64,000 bases of DNA from Lama guanicoe. Its lineage: Eukaryota. Positions 54,314 to 64,000 of the stretch are shown here, one piece after another. The stretch spans positions 7,227,367 to 7,291,366 of the forward strand of contig MU054220.1 of the NCBI GenBank assembly GCA_013239625.1. Direction: 5' to 3'. The notes under the pieces were generated by a model. It was not told the DNA's origin. It made no database searches and saw nothing but the letters and a program-made list of their open reading frames with translations. The number at the start of each line of letters is the position of its first letter. Position 1 is the first letter of the stretch. The translations under genes were made by a program, and so were the position numbers.

Positions 54314-54935
54314 TGATGCAGGAAAACAGATGTGGGGCGTAAGGAGGGCGGTGTCCCAGGCTTCACTTGAGCCCCTGGGATGTATCCCGTCAAGTGTGGG
54401 TCCTCAGCTTCGCGCAGGAAAGAATTCAAGAGCGAGCCACAATTGAGTAAAGGTAGATTTATTCAGAGAGATACACTGAAAGGCAAGAGAAAGGCCACGA
54501 GGTGTGGGGGTTGGGTGCTCGGATTAAAAGTAGGTGCACACTCCATAGACAGAATGCGGCCGTCTCCAAAGAGGGACGGCACCTGCAGGTGCCCGTGTTG
54601 CCAGGTTTTAAGGGCTTGGTGGCTTCATATGCTAATAAGTGGAAGGACCAGTCTAAGTAGCCTGGGGAAGGGGCTGGGATTCCCAGGAAGTTGGCCATTT
54701 CCCACTTTGACCTTTTGTGGCTAGCCTTGGGACTGCCATGGGCCTGTGGGTGTGATGTTCATCAAGTTAATAGATTACAATGAGCGTGTAATGACGCTGA
54801 AGATCTATCAGAAGTTAAATCTCCCACCATCTTGAGCCTCAAGGCCCACTGGGGGTTGGATCTTTCACCATTTTGATGTTAATTGCTGTAGCATTCCTTG
54901 AATGGCTGTGCCCTGCCCCCTTCCATCCTGTCTCA
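54314..54935 (-). mobile_element. ERV1-class solo LTR, family 'B' (MER41/MER51-group-like)
   Basis: TGATGCAGGAAAA...CCTGTCTCA termini with perfect 4-bp TSD GCCT (54310-54313 / 54936-54939). Minus-strand AATAAA near 54458. Colinear with 16225-16863. Confidence 0.92.
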
Positions 54936-55250
54936 GCCTCACCCGCCTACGTCTTTCTCTAATTGAGTCGACTTAGATTGAGTCTGTTTTATGATGGAGA
55001 GTCGGTGCAAGTCTGTGGTGAAACAGCCACTATGAGGGAAGCATAAACCTTGAACAGCCTTACGTTTATAAGCACGTGAATTTATTTACTAGACCGCAAG
55101 CTTATCTCTAGACTGTGAACTCCTTAAGGACAGGCAGTATAGCTTATTCATTCTCGCGTATCTTACGCAAGTTGTTGGGACATAGGTAGTAGTCCCCTAT
55201 CTGAAACCCTGGGGGGCACTGGTGTGCTGGTAAATGTTTAACAGCTGGCT

Positions 55251-55281
<31 letters not shown>

Positions 55282-55554
55282 AAGAAAGTCCTGCTTAAAA
55301 AAAAGAAAGAAGAAAGCCCTGCTTTGTAGCAATTGCCTGTTTTCTTGTGTAAGTACTCCAACCTTTGTTGATTTCAAGCTACCACACTGAATTCACTGAG
55401 CATGAAGTTGGGAGAAGTTGGGAAGAAATGCTACAGAAAGCAAGTTCGTGTGTCTGACGCCCAGTGAGGCCAAACTGAAACATCTGAGTTTTGAGCAGAG
55501 GAAGGTTTATTACAGGGCCGAGCAAGGAGAATGAGTGGCTCATGCTTAAAAACC
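54755..55554 (+). repeat. Donor copy of an 800-bp near-identical direct duplication
   Basis: Identical to 56857-57656 (offset 2102) except for one C/T difference (54928 vs 57030) on manual comparison. Confidence 0.97.
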
Positions 55555-56152
55555 TCAAACTCTCCAGTGGTTTTTCTGGGAGAAGCTTTTATAGGCAAAA
55601 TGAAGGCTCTGTGACTTTCTTCTGACTGGTTGCGGGTCGGGTAACAGGGTGCTCCAGGAACCTTGTGCTCAGCCTGAAGTTACCATCCTCCACCTGGGTG
55701 GGGGAGCCTCAGTTCCTGCAGAAGAGCTCAAAGATATTGTCATGTATATCCCTTGAGGAGGACCCAGGACCCAGGACCCAGTTTGAATCACTGCACTATT
55801 GTTTCTTTCTTTCTTTTTTTTTTTCTTAGCACTATTGTTTCTTTCTTTCTTTTTTTTTTTTCTTAGCCCTATTTTTTTTTTCTTTTTTTTTTTTTTCTTA
55901 GCACTATTGTTTCTTGACTGCTCCTTCTTTGTTTCTTCATTCCCTCCCTTCCCTGATTAGCAACTGTTTGACTCTTCCCTTTGAAACTCAGGGAAGGACC
56001 AGGAGGCTGAATGAAGCTTATTTCCTACAAACAAGAAACTGGGGACATGGAAAGCAAAGGACTTGTACCAGGGAGGACCCCACAGAGTCCTCCGTTTCAG
56101 AAATGCATACAATTGGATAAGGCATAAGCTAAATAACTCCAGCTCACTACCA
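55217..56152. mobile_element. MER63A-like hAT element, split by an LTR; pieces at 55217-55428 and 56100-56152
   Basis: CACTGGTGTGCTGGTAAATGTTTAACAGCTGGCTCTC..AAAGCCCTGCTTTGTAGC..GATTTCAAGCTACCA..TCACTGA..AGTTGGGAAGA | TGCATACAATTGG..CTCCAGCTCACTAC. Confidence 0.8.
55429..56099 (-). mobile_element. ERV1-class solo LTR, family 'A', with internal T-rich tandem expansion
   Basis: TG...CA termini, perfect TSD GAAA (55425-55428 / 56100-56103), colinear with 13822-14357. Confidence 0.92.
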
Positions 56153-56792
56153 GTAGAAGTCTAAATTGGTTTAAGAATCCAAAATATTTCTGATTTTAAG
56201 AAACTAATGTGTGAATATAGTATATATTATGTAACACCGCCAGAGGAATCTGGGAAAATACTTGTAATAAAATATATTAATTTTTTTTGCAGTGAAACAA
56301 ATGGATATTAAATACCACACATATAAAAGATCACTTCCAGTTTTCAGGGCATTTTTTGTAATTTAAAATTGCATAAAAAGTACTAGGAATATTTCCATAT
56401 TTTAAAAAAAATAGTACTTCAATGGAAAGCTATTGACAATCTATAACACATTCATCTTGGCTCTTTGATTCTAGTCCTAGTCATTGTCTGTGAGCTATTT
56501 TTACCTCTAGAGATTATAAGTAGCTGATGCATATGCAAATTCTGTCTTGTCCAGTAGAATTGACTTCCCTTGCCCAGTGGAAAAATAAGTTTGTCTTCCT
56601 TTGCAATTTAGCTCAACCTTTCTTTACTCCATGTAATTTTATAGTGTTTCGACTTTGTCTTTGAACTGGTATAACATTTTTTGGATCCCTCATATCATTT
56701 AAGAAAAATTAATTCCTGAACATGTGTATATTTTTATATTTGCATAAGAGTCATGATTTTATTTTTTTTTCTGAAAAGAAGTTTTAACACAA

Positions 56793-57352
56793 TGTAGGGT
56801 GTTGAGGGACACAGCAGGCCGGTGTCACGGGAGGTTCAAGAATTTACCAGAGACAAATGTTCATCAAGTTAATAGATTACAATGAGCGTGTAATGACGCT
56901 GAAGATCTATCAGAAGTTAAATCTCCCACCATCTTGAGCCTCAAGGCCCACTGGGGGTTGGATCTTTCACCATTTTGATGTTAATTGCTGTAGCATTCCT
57001 TGAATGGCTGTGCCCTGCCCCCTTCCATCTTGTCTCAGCCTCACCCGCCTACGTCTTTCTCTAATTGAGTCGACTTAGATTGAGTCTGTTTTATGATGGA
57101 GAGTCGGTGCAAGTCTGTGGTGAAACAGCCACTATGAGGGAAGCATAAACCTTGAACAGCCTTACGTTTATAAGCACGTGAATTTATTTACTAGACCGCA
57201 AGCTTATCTCTAGACTGTGAACTCCTTAAGGACAGGCAGTATAGCTTATTCATTCTCGCGTATCTTACGCAAGTTGTTGGGACATAGGTAGTAGTCCCCT
57301 ATCTGAAACCCTGGGGGGCACTGGTGTGCTGGTAAATGTTTAACAGCTGGCT

Positions 57353-57383
<31 letters not shown>

Positions 57384-57990
57384 AAGAAAGTCCTGCTTAA
57401 AAAAAAGAAAGAAGAAAGCCCTGCTTTGTAGCAATTGCCTGTTTTCTTGTGTAAGTACTCCAACCTTTGTTGATTTCAAGCTACCACACTGAATTCACTG
57501 AGCATGAAGTTGGGAGAAGTTGGGAAGAAATGCTACAGAAAGCAAGTTCGTGTGTCTGACGCCCAGTGAGGCCAAACTGAAACATCTGAGTTTTGAGCAG
57601 AGGAAGGTTTATTACAGGGCCGAGCAAGGAGAATGAGTGGCTCATGCTTAAAAACCAATGGTGTCAGTACATGATGGGTACTTCTGATCTGCAAGGCTAA
57701 TTTTATTGAAATGAGGGCATAATGAACAAAAGGTTACATTTGGACACTGGAAATTCCTGCCTTTTCTCACCTTTCTTTGTTCTTCTTCAGGCCACTTGTC
57801 ACCCCAAAAGGCATGATCCCTTATCAGCCCCAAGGTTCCTGCTTTTCTTTCTCTGCCCAGGGACCCCTGCTGCTTACATGATGCGTGGTTTCCTGCATTT
57901 GGCCTGTGCCCCTCCTTTCTGCCCAGTTCCTGCCATTTGGTCTGTGTCCCCCTTTCTCTGCTCATATCTAGCTGTCTGCCTGCTCTAACA
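56793..57990 (-). mobile_element. ERV-class solo LTR, family 'C' (about 400 bp), interrupted by the 800-bp duplicate
   Basis: Minus strand starts TGTTAGAGCAGGCAGACAGCTAGATATGAGCAG, has AATAAA near 57702 and ends ...CCCTACA at 56793. Pieces are 56793-56856 and 57657-57990. No clean TSD seen. Confidence 0.75.
56857..57656 (+). repeat. Derived copy of the 800-bp duplication
   Basis: Begins mid-LTR B and ends mid-LTR A, so both are truncated here while complete with TSDs in the donor. Confidence 0.97.
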
Positions 57991-58572
57991 AAAGAGGCTC
58001 AATGCCTCTGACTGCCATATGGAGAGGGCAGTAAGGGACTGGATGAAAGCCTGTCTTTAAAGTTTAAGTCTTTTTTTTTTTCTTTCTCCCTCCTGTGGTT
58101 CTAGCTCCTCATTTGAGTGTGAATCAAGTGACATAGAAACACTCAATGAATCATGAATTACCTGACATGACCAGGAGCTTGGATGAACTCATAACTATAA
58201 ACTTAGCTGATAAAGGCAGGCCTTATTGGTATCTGGTATAATGGATTAATGGACTAATGGATTAATCAAAGTTCTTTTTTAGGAAAGCAAGGATGTTTAA
58301 ATATCAGAAAAGTAGCTCTCACCAATCCCTTGACTCTCATTCTGGAAAGCTTTATGTACCATTGTGCCAGAGTCTCAATTTCCCACAGCCTGGAAATCAA
58401 CTCTGTGTTTATGTTCCCTTATTCAAACTTACTTCTACCTCCAAATGCATCCATTGGCAAGACTATCAAAGGGAAAATAAGAGGCCATTTTCAATTTTGT
58501 ACAATAAACTAAAATTGGTCAAATCTTGAGTAATGTGTTCATGAACATTGGCTTTCTTTCCGGAGCTGAAAG

Positions 58573-59382
58573 TGTTAGCAGATAGAGAGATCCCCAAATT
58601 GGAAAGCCCACCAGAGTTTTGGGTCCTCGCCCACTGGTTGAGAAAGATTTCAAGAAAAGAAAGTATTGCTCAAAAGGGGAAAAGGGAAGAAAAGCAGGGA
58701 GCTGTCAGCTAAGATGGCCAGTCGAGATGGCTCCAGGTTTGGTTTCAGCCACATGGACCCTTATGGGAAGCTTTGGCCATCATGTGTTCCTTCCGGGTGT
58801 GCCGGAGCTAATTGCCTTTTTCCCCCATCCTCGTATGGGCTTTTCTGGGTGTTGCCATGGCACCCATGGGTGTGTCATCTAGCATGCTAATACACTACAA
58901 TGAGCGTATAATGAGGCTCCAGGTCCCCTGGAAGGCAGACCCTCCACCATTTTGGGCCTGGTTGGTTCTAACCAGTTCTCATTTCTTGTCTTTACTTCTG
59001 CCTCCTGAGACTTAGGTAAGAATAATTGGTTTCTATTCGAGGAAGGGGCAGGGGTATGATCCTGGAGGCAACAGCCTTCGTTAAGAAAAAGGAAAGGTAA
59101 TCTGGTAGACTCAGTGTCCCCCAGAAACCATCTCCAAAAATTCTGCTCAGCCTTGAAAGTGTTGAAGGGAAATAGGGAAGTAACCTCAGTTAATCGTTCA
59201 GATGGGGGTCAGAGTCATTGCCATCCCCCACTGTGTGCAGACTTGCCTTGCAGGCTTGTCCCAGTCATCAACTGCTTGAGCCTGCTCTTTTATGACTCAG
59301 GAAGACCTGGGAGATGTCAGCTTTCCAATAAAGAGGCAGGGGTTGAGAGAGGGGGACACCCACAGGGTCCTACTCAGTATCA
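58573..59382 (-). mobile_element. ERV1-class solo LTR (about 810 bp), mosaic of B-like and A-like segments
   Basis: TGTTAGCAG...CCCACAGGGTCCTACTCAGTATCA, with near-TSD aaag/aaaa. Shares motifs with both LTR families in this window. Confidence 0.75.
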
Positions 59383-61281
59383 AAAAGATTTGGGGCCTGG
59401 GTTGTCTAACATCGTGGGCTGCCACCACTATTTCTTGCAAGAGAAGGACCTATCTAGGATTTTGTTTGTTTGTTTATTAGTGAGTGTGAGCAGATTTATA
59501 CCCCTTTGCCCCAGATTTATACCTTTTATCAGTTGCCTGTGATGGAGAAGTCATTCTTTCTAGAGCCACATCTAAGGATTGTATGGGTTCTGCGAGTTCA
59601 GAACAGAATGAGACTTAGTGACATGCAAGTTTGGCCCTTCCCCACACGTGTAACCATATATATGCATGCATATACTAAAACTGAACACTAGCATGATTTA
59701 GGCTTCTTCTGGTCTGTCCCTCTAAATAGCCAAGATTGACACACACCTGCAGCAGACATGGACTCTGGAACTCTAGGTATAATAGCATACCCAAAGTCAT
59801 CATAATAGATGTCCCTTCACTCCTCAGGAAGGATGGCCTCCCACGTTGAGCACTGAAGCATCACTGGAAAGTCGTAACAACTAATAATTCCTTTCTCTGT
59901 CTTACATGACTGCTGGGATGATTTCCTTAATTAATTTTCTCAACTTTCAAACCTTTCAATATATTTATTGGGATACACTAGGTGGCAGGGGCTATGTTGG
60001 TTATTATGGGCTATATAAAGATAAATAGCTTTGCCCTGGGGGAGTTCTAAGCCTAAGAGAAGCTACTATCACTACACAGTACAATAAAATTAATTGGAAA
60101 GTATGTTCTGTAAGAGAGAGACAAAAAAAAATAACAGTATTGCTTATGAAAATTAAAAGATTACTTTTGAACAGAAGGGGACTGTGGGAGGAGCAGCAGG
60201 GATGGTAGATGTAAAAGCCTTTTAGAAAGGCAGTCACATAATGATCTGTGGTCTCCATCCTCCCCTCAGTGTGTCCCTGAAGGTCAACTATGAACACATT
60301 TGTAATTTATAGTATTTTCTTGGATGGAAAACCTTAATCAAATAATAAATAATAAAATAATTAAATGCTTAATCAGGTAATAAAACCTGATTGACTACTC
60401 ATTTGATTGGTTGCCCCATTAATTTTAAACCATGCTTGACACAATGGGGCATTAGATCCATACTTTTTGATGGAAATGAGAATGCAGGAAGACATGCAGA
60501 ACAGGGAAATGTCTAGACCTTGAAGTGTGGAAACTTCAAGTAGCTAAGGGGGGAGGGTAAATATGTGAGACTATGTTGACAAAGTGTGCAGGGGAGAAAC
60601 AGAATCAAAGAACAACACATTTTATGAACTGACAGATTTTTCAAGATTGTGGCTAGAGTCTAGGAAAGAATTTATCAGCTATTATCTTTCTCACCCTCCA
60701 AACTGAATGTGTAGTATCTTTCTTTGATGATGTTAGGAGACAGAAGCTCTGAGGAGTGTTGGCATGTGTACCCTGGGCTACTCAAACCTCAACTAGACTG
60801 CTTTTATTTACGGGGTAAAGAAAGCATTGCTGAAAGCTGAAGTCATTCTGATGACCTGAGATCTGTGGGTCATGTCTTGAATTATTGCACCATAACTTTT
60901 TATTTTACTGAGGGGAAACAAAACCCCTCCAGCTGCCTCTTCTGGACCTAGAGGCAGTGTATTCCCAGCCATTCCCTCAGGGAAGTCCTTTGAAAAAGCC
61001 AAACTCAAGCCCTAGGGCTCAGCATCCTCTGGGAAAGTCCTAGAAAGGCTGTACCTGGAAAATAGACATTTTCCTTAGATATTTAAAGGGTGTGTAAAAT
61101 ATAGGCTTCTTCCATATCAACCCCAAGGGCAGAACCAGAGTTGGGGGGGGGTAGAACTTAACACTAATGAATAACGTAAGGAAGAATTATCTGATGTCAG
61201 GATGATCAAAGAAGAAATGACTGCCCAGGGAGGTGCTGGAACTCTTGCTTCTTATCAGAAAGTTTCAAGCCTGAGCAGGGA

Positions 61282-61845
61282 TGAATAGGGCAAAGCAAAA
61301 AATTGCACTGGCCAAAGTTAAACAGGCAAGGAAGATTTTTAAGGCCGTTGCAATAAGAGGCAGAGGCCACAACTAAGTCTAAACTCAACTCCGCTGAAGA
61401 AGAAGAGGTAGGAGTTTTTTAAGGGCTGTTGTGAGCTAATGAAAAAGTCCTGGAGGATGTTAGCGGAAAGTCATAGACCATCTGTGTTTGCTAATTAGCT
61501 TTATCCAAAGGAAAAACAAAGTTCTCGTGTCTTTAAGACGGGAGATAGTTTTGCAACTTGGAGGAAGGTACCCACTGAAAGCAAGATTCCTCCTCTTCCA
61601 TTGAAATTGGGAGATTGAGGTACTGTCTCCTTTGTTGATTACATTTCAAAGAGGTGGTCCCCAGAATCTTACCATTTCTGAATGGTAAAACTGGCAAGAG
61701 GCTTAAAATGTATTTACATGTCCAAGGGGCAGAGAAGAGGTTTATAAGTACCAGTTTTCTAAAGCAAATGCAAATGTCCTACCATCAGGAAGAAGCCCGT
61801 GTGAAGTTTAGTCCTGCTGAGGACAGGTTAAGGCGGTCTTGGTCA
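61282..61845 (-). mobile_element. Older ERV1 LTR (MER89/MER110/MER31-group-like)
   Basis: Minus strand starts TGACCAAGACCGCCTTAAC..CCTCAGCAGGACTAAACTT..GGCTTCTTCCTGA; also AAATTGCACTGGCCAAAGTTAAACAGGCAAGGAAGATTTT. Left boundary approximate. Confidence 0.7.
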
Positions 61846-64000
61846 AACCCAGAGCGGGGATGTTAGCGCTGGAAGTCAAGTGTGGAATGTGTCATGAGAA
61901 AGCATCACTATTCAAATATTTTTTAAAACCTGAGATTTCCCATGGCTTCAGTTTAGCTACAAAGATCAGGAAGCGGGGTTTCCACAGGGAGTTTCACTCA
62001 CTGAGATAAACGGGACCCAGTCAGCCCCTCTGCGCAGTGTAGACGAACTGCCTCCATTTTTAGTGATGGAACTTGGGTCTAAAACCCGGCCTCACCATCC
62101 CCGTTCCCAAGTGAGGTGCTGTTTCAGAATAGTTCTCTTCCTTCAGTGAGGCTTCTCTATGGCTCCCCTCCAGGAGCCCCAGTAATTCTCATGTTCTATT
62201 TGTAGAATCCAGAGATTTAAAATTTCATCTCTTTATAGTTGTTTTCATCAACACTAGGTAGAAACATTTGGTGCTGCCTCTAATAAAAACGTTACTAACT
62301 TCTGCTCTTAGTGACAAACTACCTCACTGGGTTAAGGAAACCCAGGAAGTGTGGAGCTAATTAAACCTATTAAATCCCCTCCTTTTTTTTTTTTGGCTCC
62401 TGAGCAGAAGGAGGAAGTGTAAATACCAAGACCCATACCTTATTGTTTAATAGTCTTGATGATAAGAGGAGAGGAAAATATCACTAGAGCGTTTATTCTG
62501 CTCTTAACAGGCTTTGCAGACATTGGTTGGGGCTTTTGTTTTTATGATATGGCATGGTTCTTTATGGTAAGTTCATATTAAGGGAGTCGCTACTGATAAA
62601 CTCAGAGCATATTCGTGTCATCTCAGAGCGACTGAAAATGAAGGCTAGTGATCTCAGGTTCTTTAAGGGCCACAAATAATGCCCAGTGGCAGCGGGATGA
62701 TTGCATTTGCCGGTGGAGCTTGTGCAAGGCTTGCTAATTTAGAGGCGCGTTTTCAAATATTACAGCACCTAGGCTTTCCCGGGGGAGTTCACTTGGGCAC
62801 AGCAAGGGAATCGGTGTTTAAATGCTATTATTTTGAGAACGATCTGCAAAGGAGGACGATAAAGTAAATAGATGATTTCATAATTAATGCCGGAAGTGCG
62901 AATCATTCAAGACCCATTCGTCTCTGCGGGAGAAGCAGCTGAGCCTCTCCTGGGTCCTGCCCTGCAGGCTGCTAGGCCGGGGAAACGATCCCAGAGAAAA
63001 GCAGTGAATTTGCCTAACGGCTTCGGCTTCCCCGTTCAACAGGGTCAGGCTTTGATCATTACCCTTAACAGCCTCGCCCCCTCCCTTCGAGGCTGGTTTC
63101 AGATCGCTCCTCTTCTGGTCCCATAATTGGAATTGATAAGTGGCCATCGTACAAGGAACTGGGGACACTTATCAAATGCTGTCGTGCTTACAGAGTTAGA
63201 AACGGCCCCTCCTCTATTGGGGGAATTCAGCCCACAAAAAGTTTTAGAATTTGGAGCCTCAGAGTTGAGTCTCACCCAACTCCTTCATTTTACGCAAAGA
63301 GAAATGAGGTCCGGAAAGATTATGTGACCTGCCCGTGGTAGTATCATTTGTTGGGCACAGAGAGAGAATCATCACTTCGATGTCCTCTCCCTGCCTGGCT
63401 TTGCCTCCCACTGACACCGTTTCCTCATGGTGGAGTAATTGTCTCAAGGTTAGGGGATAAGTCGGGGCTGATTTGTGAATGGGAACACAGCTGTTAATCA
63501 GTTGTTCTTTTCAAAACACTGCCCTTTTTTTTGGACAGCCTCCCTCTGGCCAGTCTACGCTGGGGTCCCTTTTTGTTGCCATCAGCCAGGTACTGTCAGA
63601 GGAAGGCTGCGGAGGCACTGTATTGAACAAGCCTTTCCCACAGACTGCTTCCAACCACTCTGTCATCACCGAGCTCCATCAGACATCCAAGAAAACGAGC
63701 GCCAGGGGTGTTAAACGTCTTGCCCCAAAATCACACAGCTCATAAGCGTCAGGACTGGGATTTGAACAGAGATCTTGGCGATTCTAACACCAGAGGTCTT
63801 AGCCAATATTCGATGCTAATTTGGCCTCATTATCATCCTCATTCAACAGCCTGGGAAACTATATGCCAGGGATAATTCACATTGTTTGCAGTGAGGGCCC
63901 TGTGAATTGCCTCTCCCAACCCCTCCCGTACTTCAGCCTGACTTTGATTTTCCCCCTCCTCCACGTCTCTAAGGAAGCAAATACCCGTGCTGAAATCCTC

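Larger units (their letters stand above)
55183..56388. mobile_element. MER46C-like Tigger element, split; pieces at about 55183-55216 and 56153-56388
   Basis: CCCCTATCTGAAACCCTGGGGG joins AGAATCCAAAATATTTCTGATTTTAAGAAA..TATATTATGTAACACCGCCAG..TCTGGG..TTAATTTTTTTTGCAGTGAAAC..TTTTCAGGGCATTTTT, matching recalled MER46C. Confidence 0.7.

Noticed and set aside
55793..55914. CRISPR-like repeat-spacer array
   Set aside because: Repeats are only 14 bp, spacers are near-identical poly-T, the context is mammalian and no cas genes are present.
13822..56099. Family A LTRs (13822, 55429) or family B LTRs (16225, 54314) as the two ends of one provirus, or the A+B pairs as a segmental duplication
   Set aside because: The copies have different TSDs (TTAC, GAAA, GCCT), are clearly diverged, lie about 40 kb apart with no retroviral internal sequence, occur in reversed order, and have unrelated flanks.
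1..64000. The ORF-track entries as protein-coding genes
   Set aside because: All are 164 aa or shorter, many use non-ATG starts, many fall in repeats, and none shows a domain I recognise apart from the L1 ORF2 relics. No consistent splice-flanked exon chain was found.

Overview
This is AT-rich eutherian, probably camelid, non-coding DNA. The taxon call rests on two tRNA-Ala-derived SINEs that resemble the camelid Vic-1 family. I found no credible protein-coding exon, RNA gene, CRISPR array or prokaryotic element. The only ORF-track entries with recognisable protein homology are broken L1 ORF2 C-terminal fragments at about 11.9-12.5 kb. The window is a mosaic of old eutherian repeats (MIR, L2, MLT1/MaLR LTRs, MER2, MER3, MER5, MER20, MER46C, MER63A) and younger inserts (a 5'-truncated L1, two SINEs, about eight ERV1-class solo LTRs). 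Almost all LTRs and the young L1 lie on the minus strand, suggesting an intron of a plus-strand gene. The most unusual structure is an 800-bp block (54755-55554) copied almost perfectly (one mismatch seen) into the middle of another LTR at 56857-57656, within an LTR-dense, multiply nested region at 54-62 kb. Repeat family names come from my recollection of consensus sequences, not a database search, and boundaries of old elements are approximate. I did not find evidence for a new gene-encoded system.
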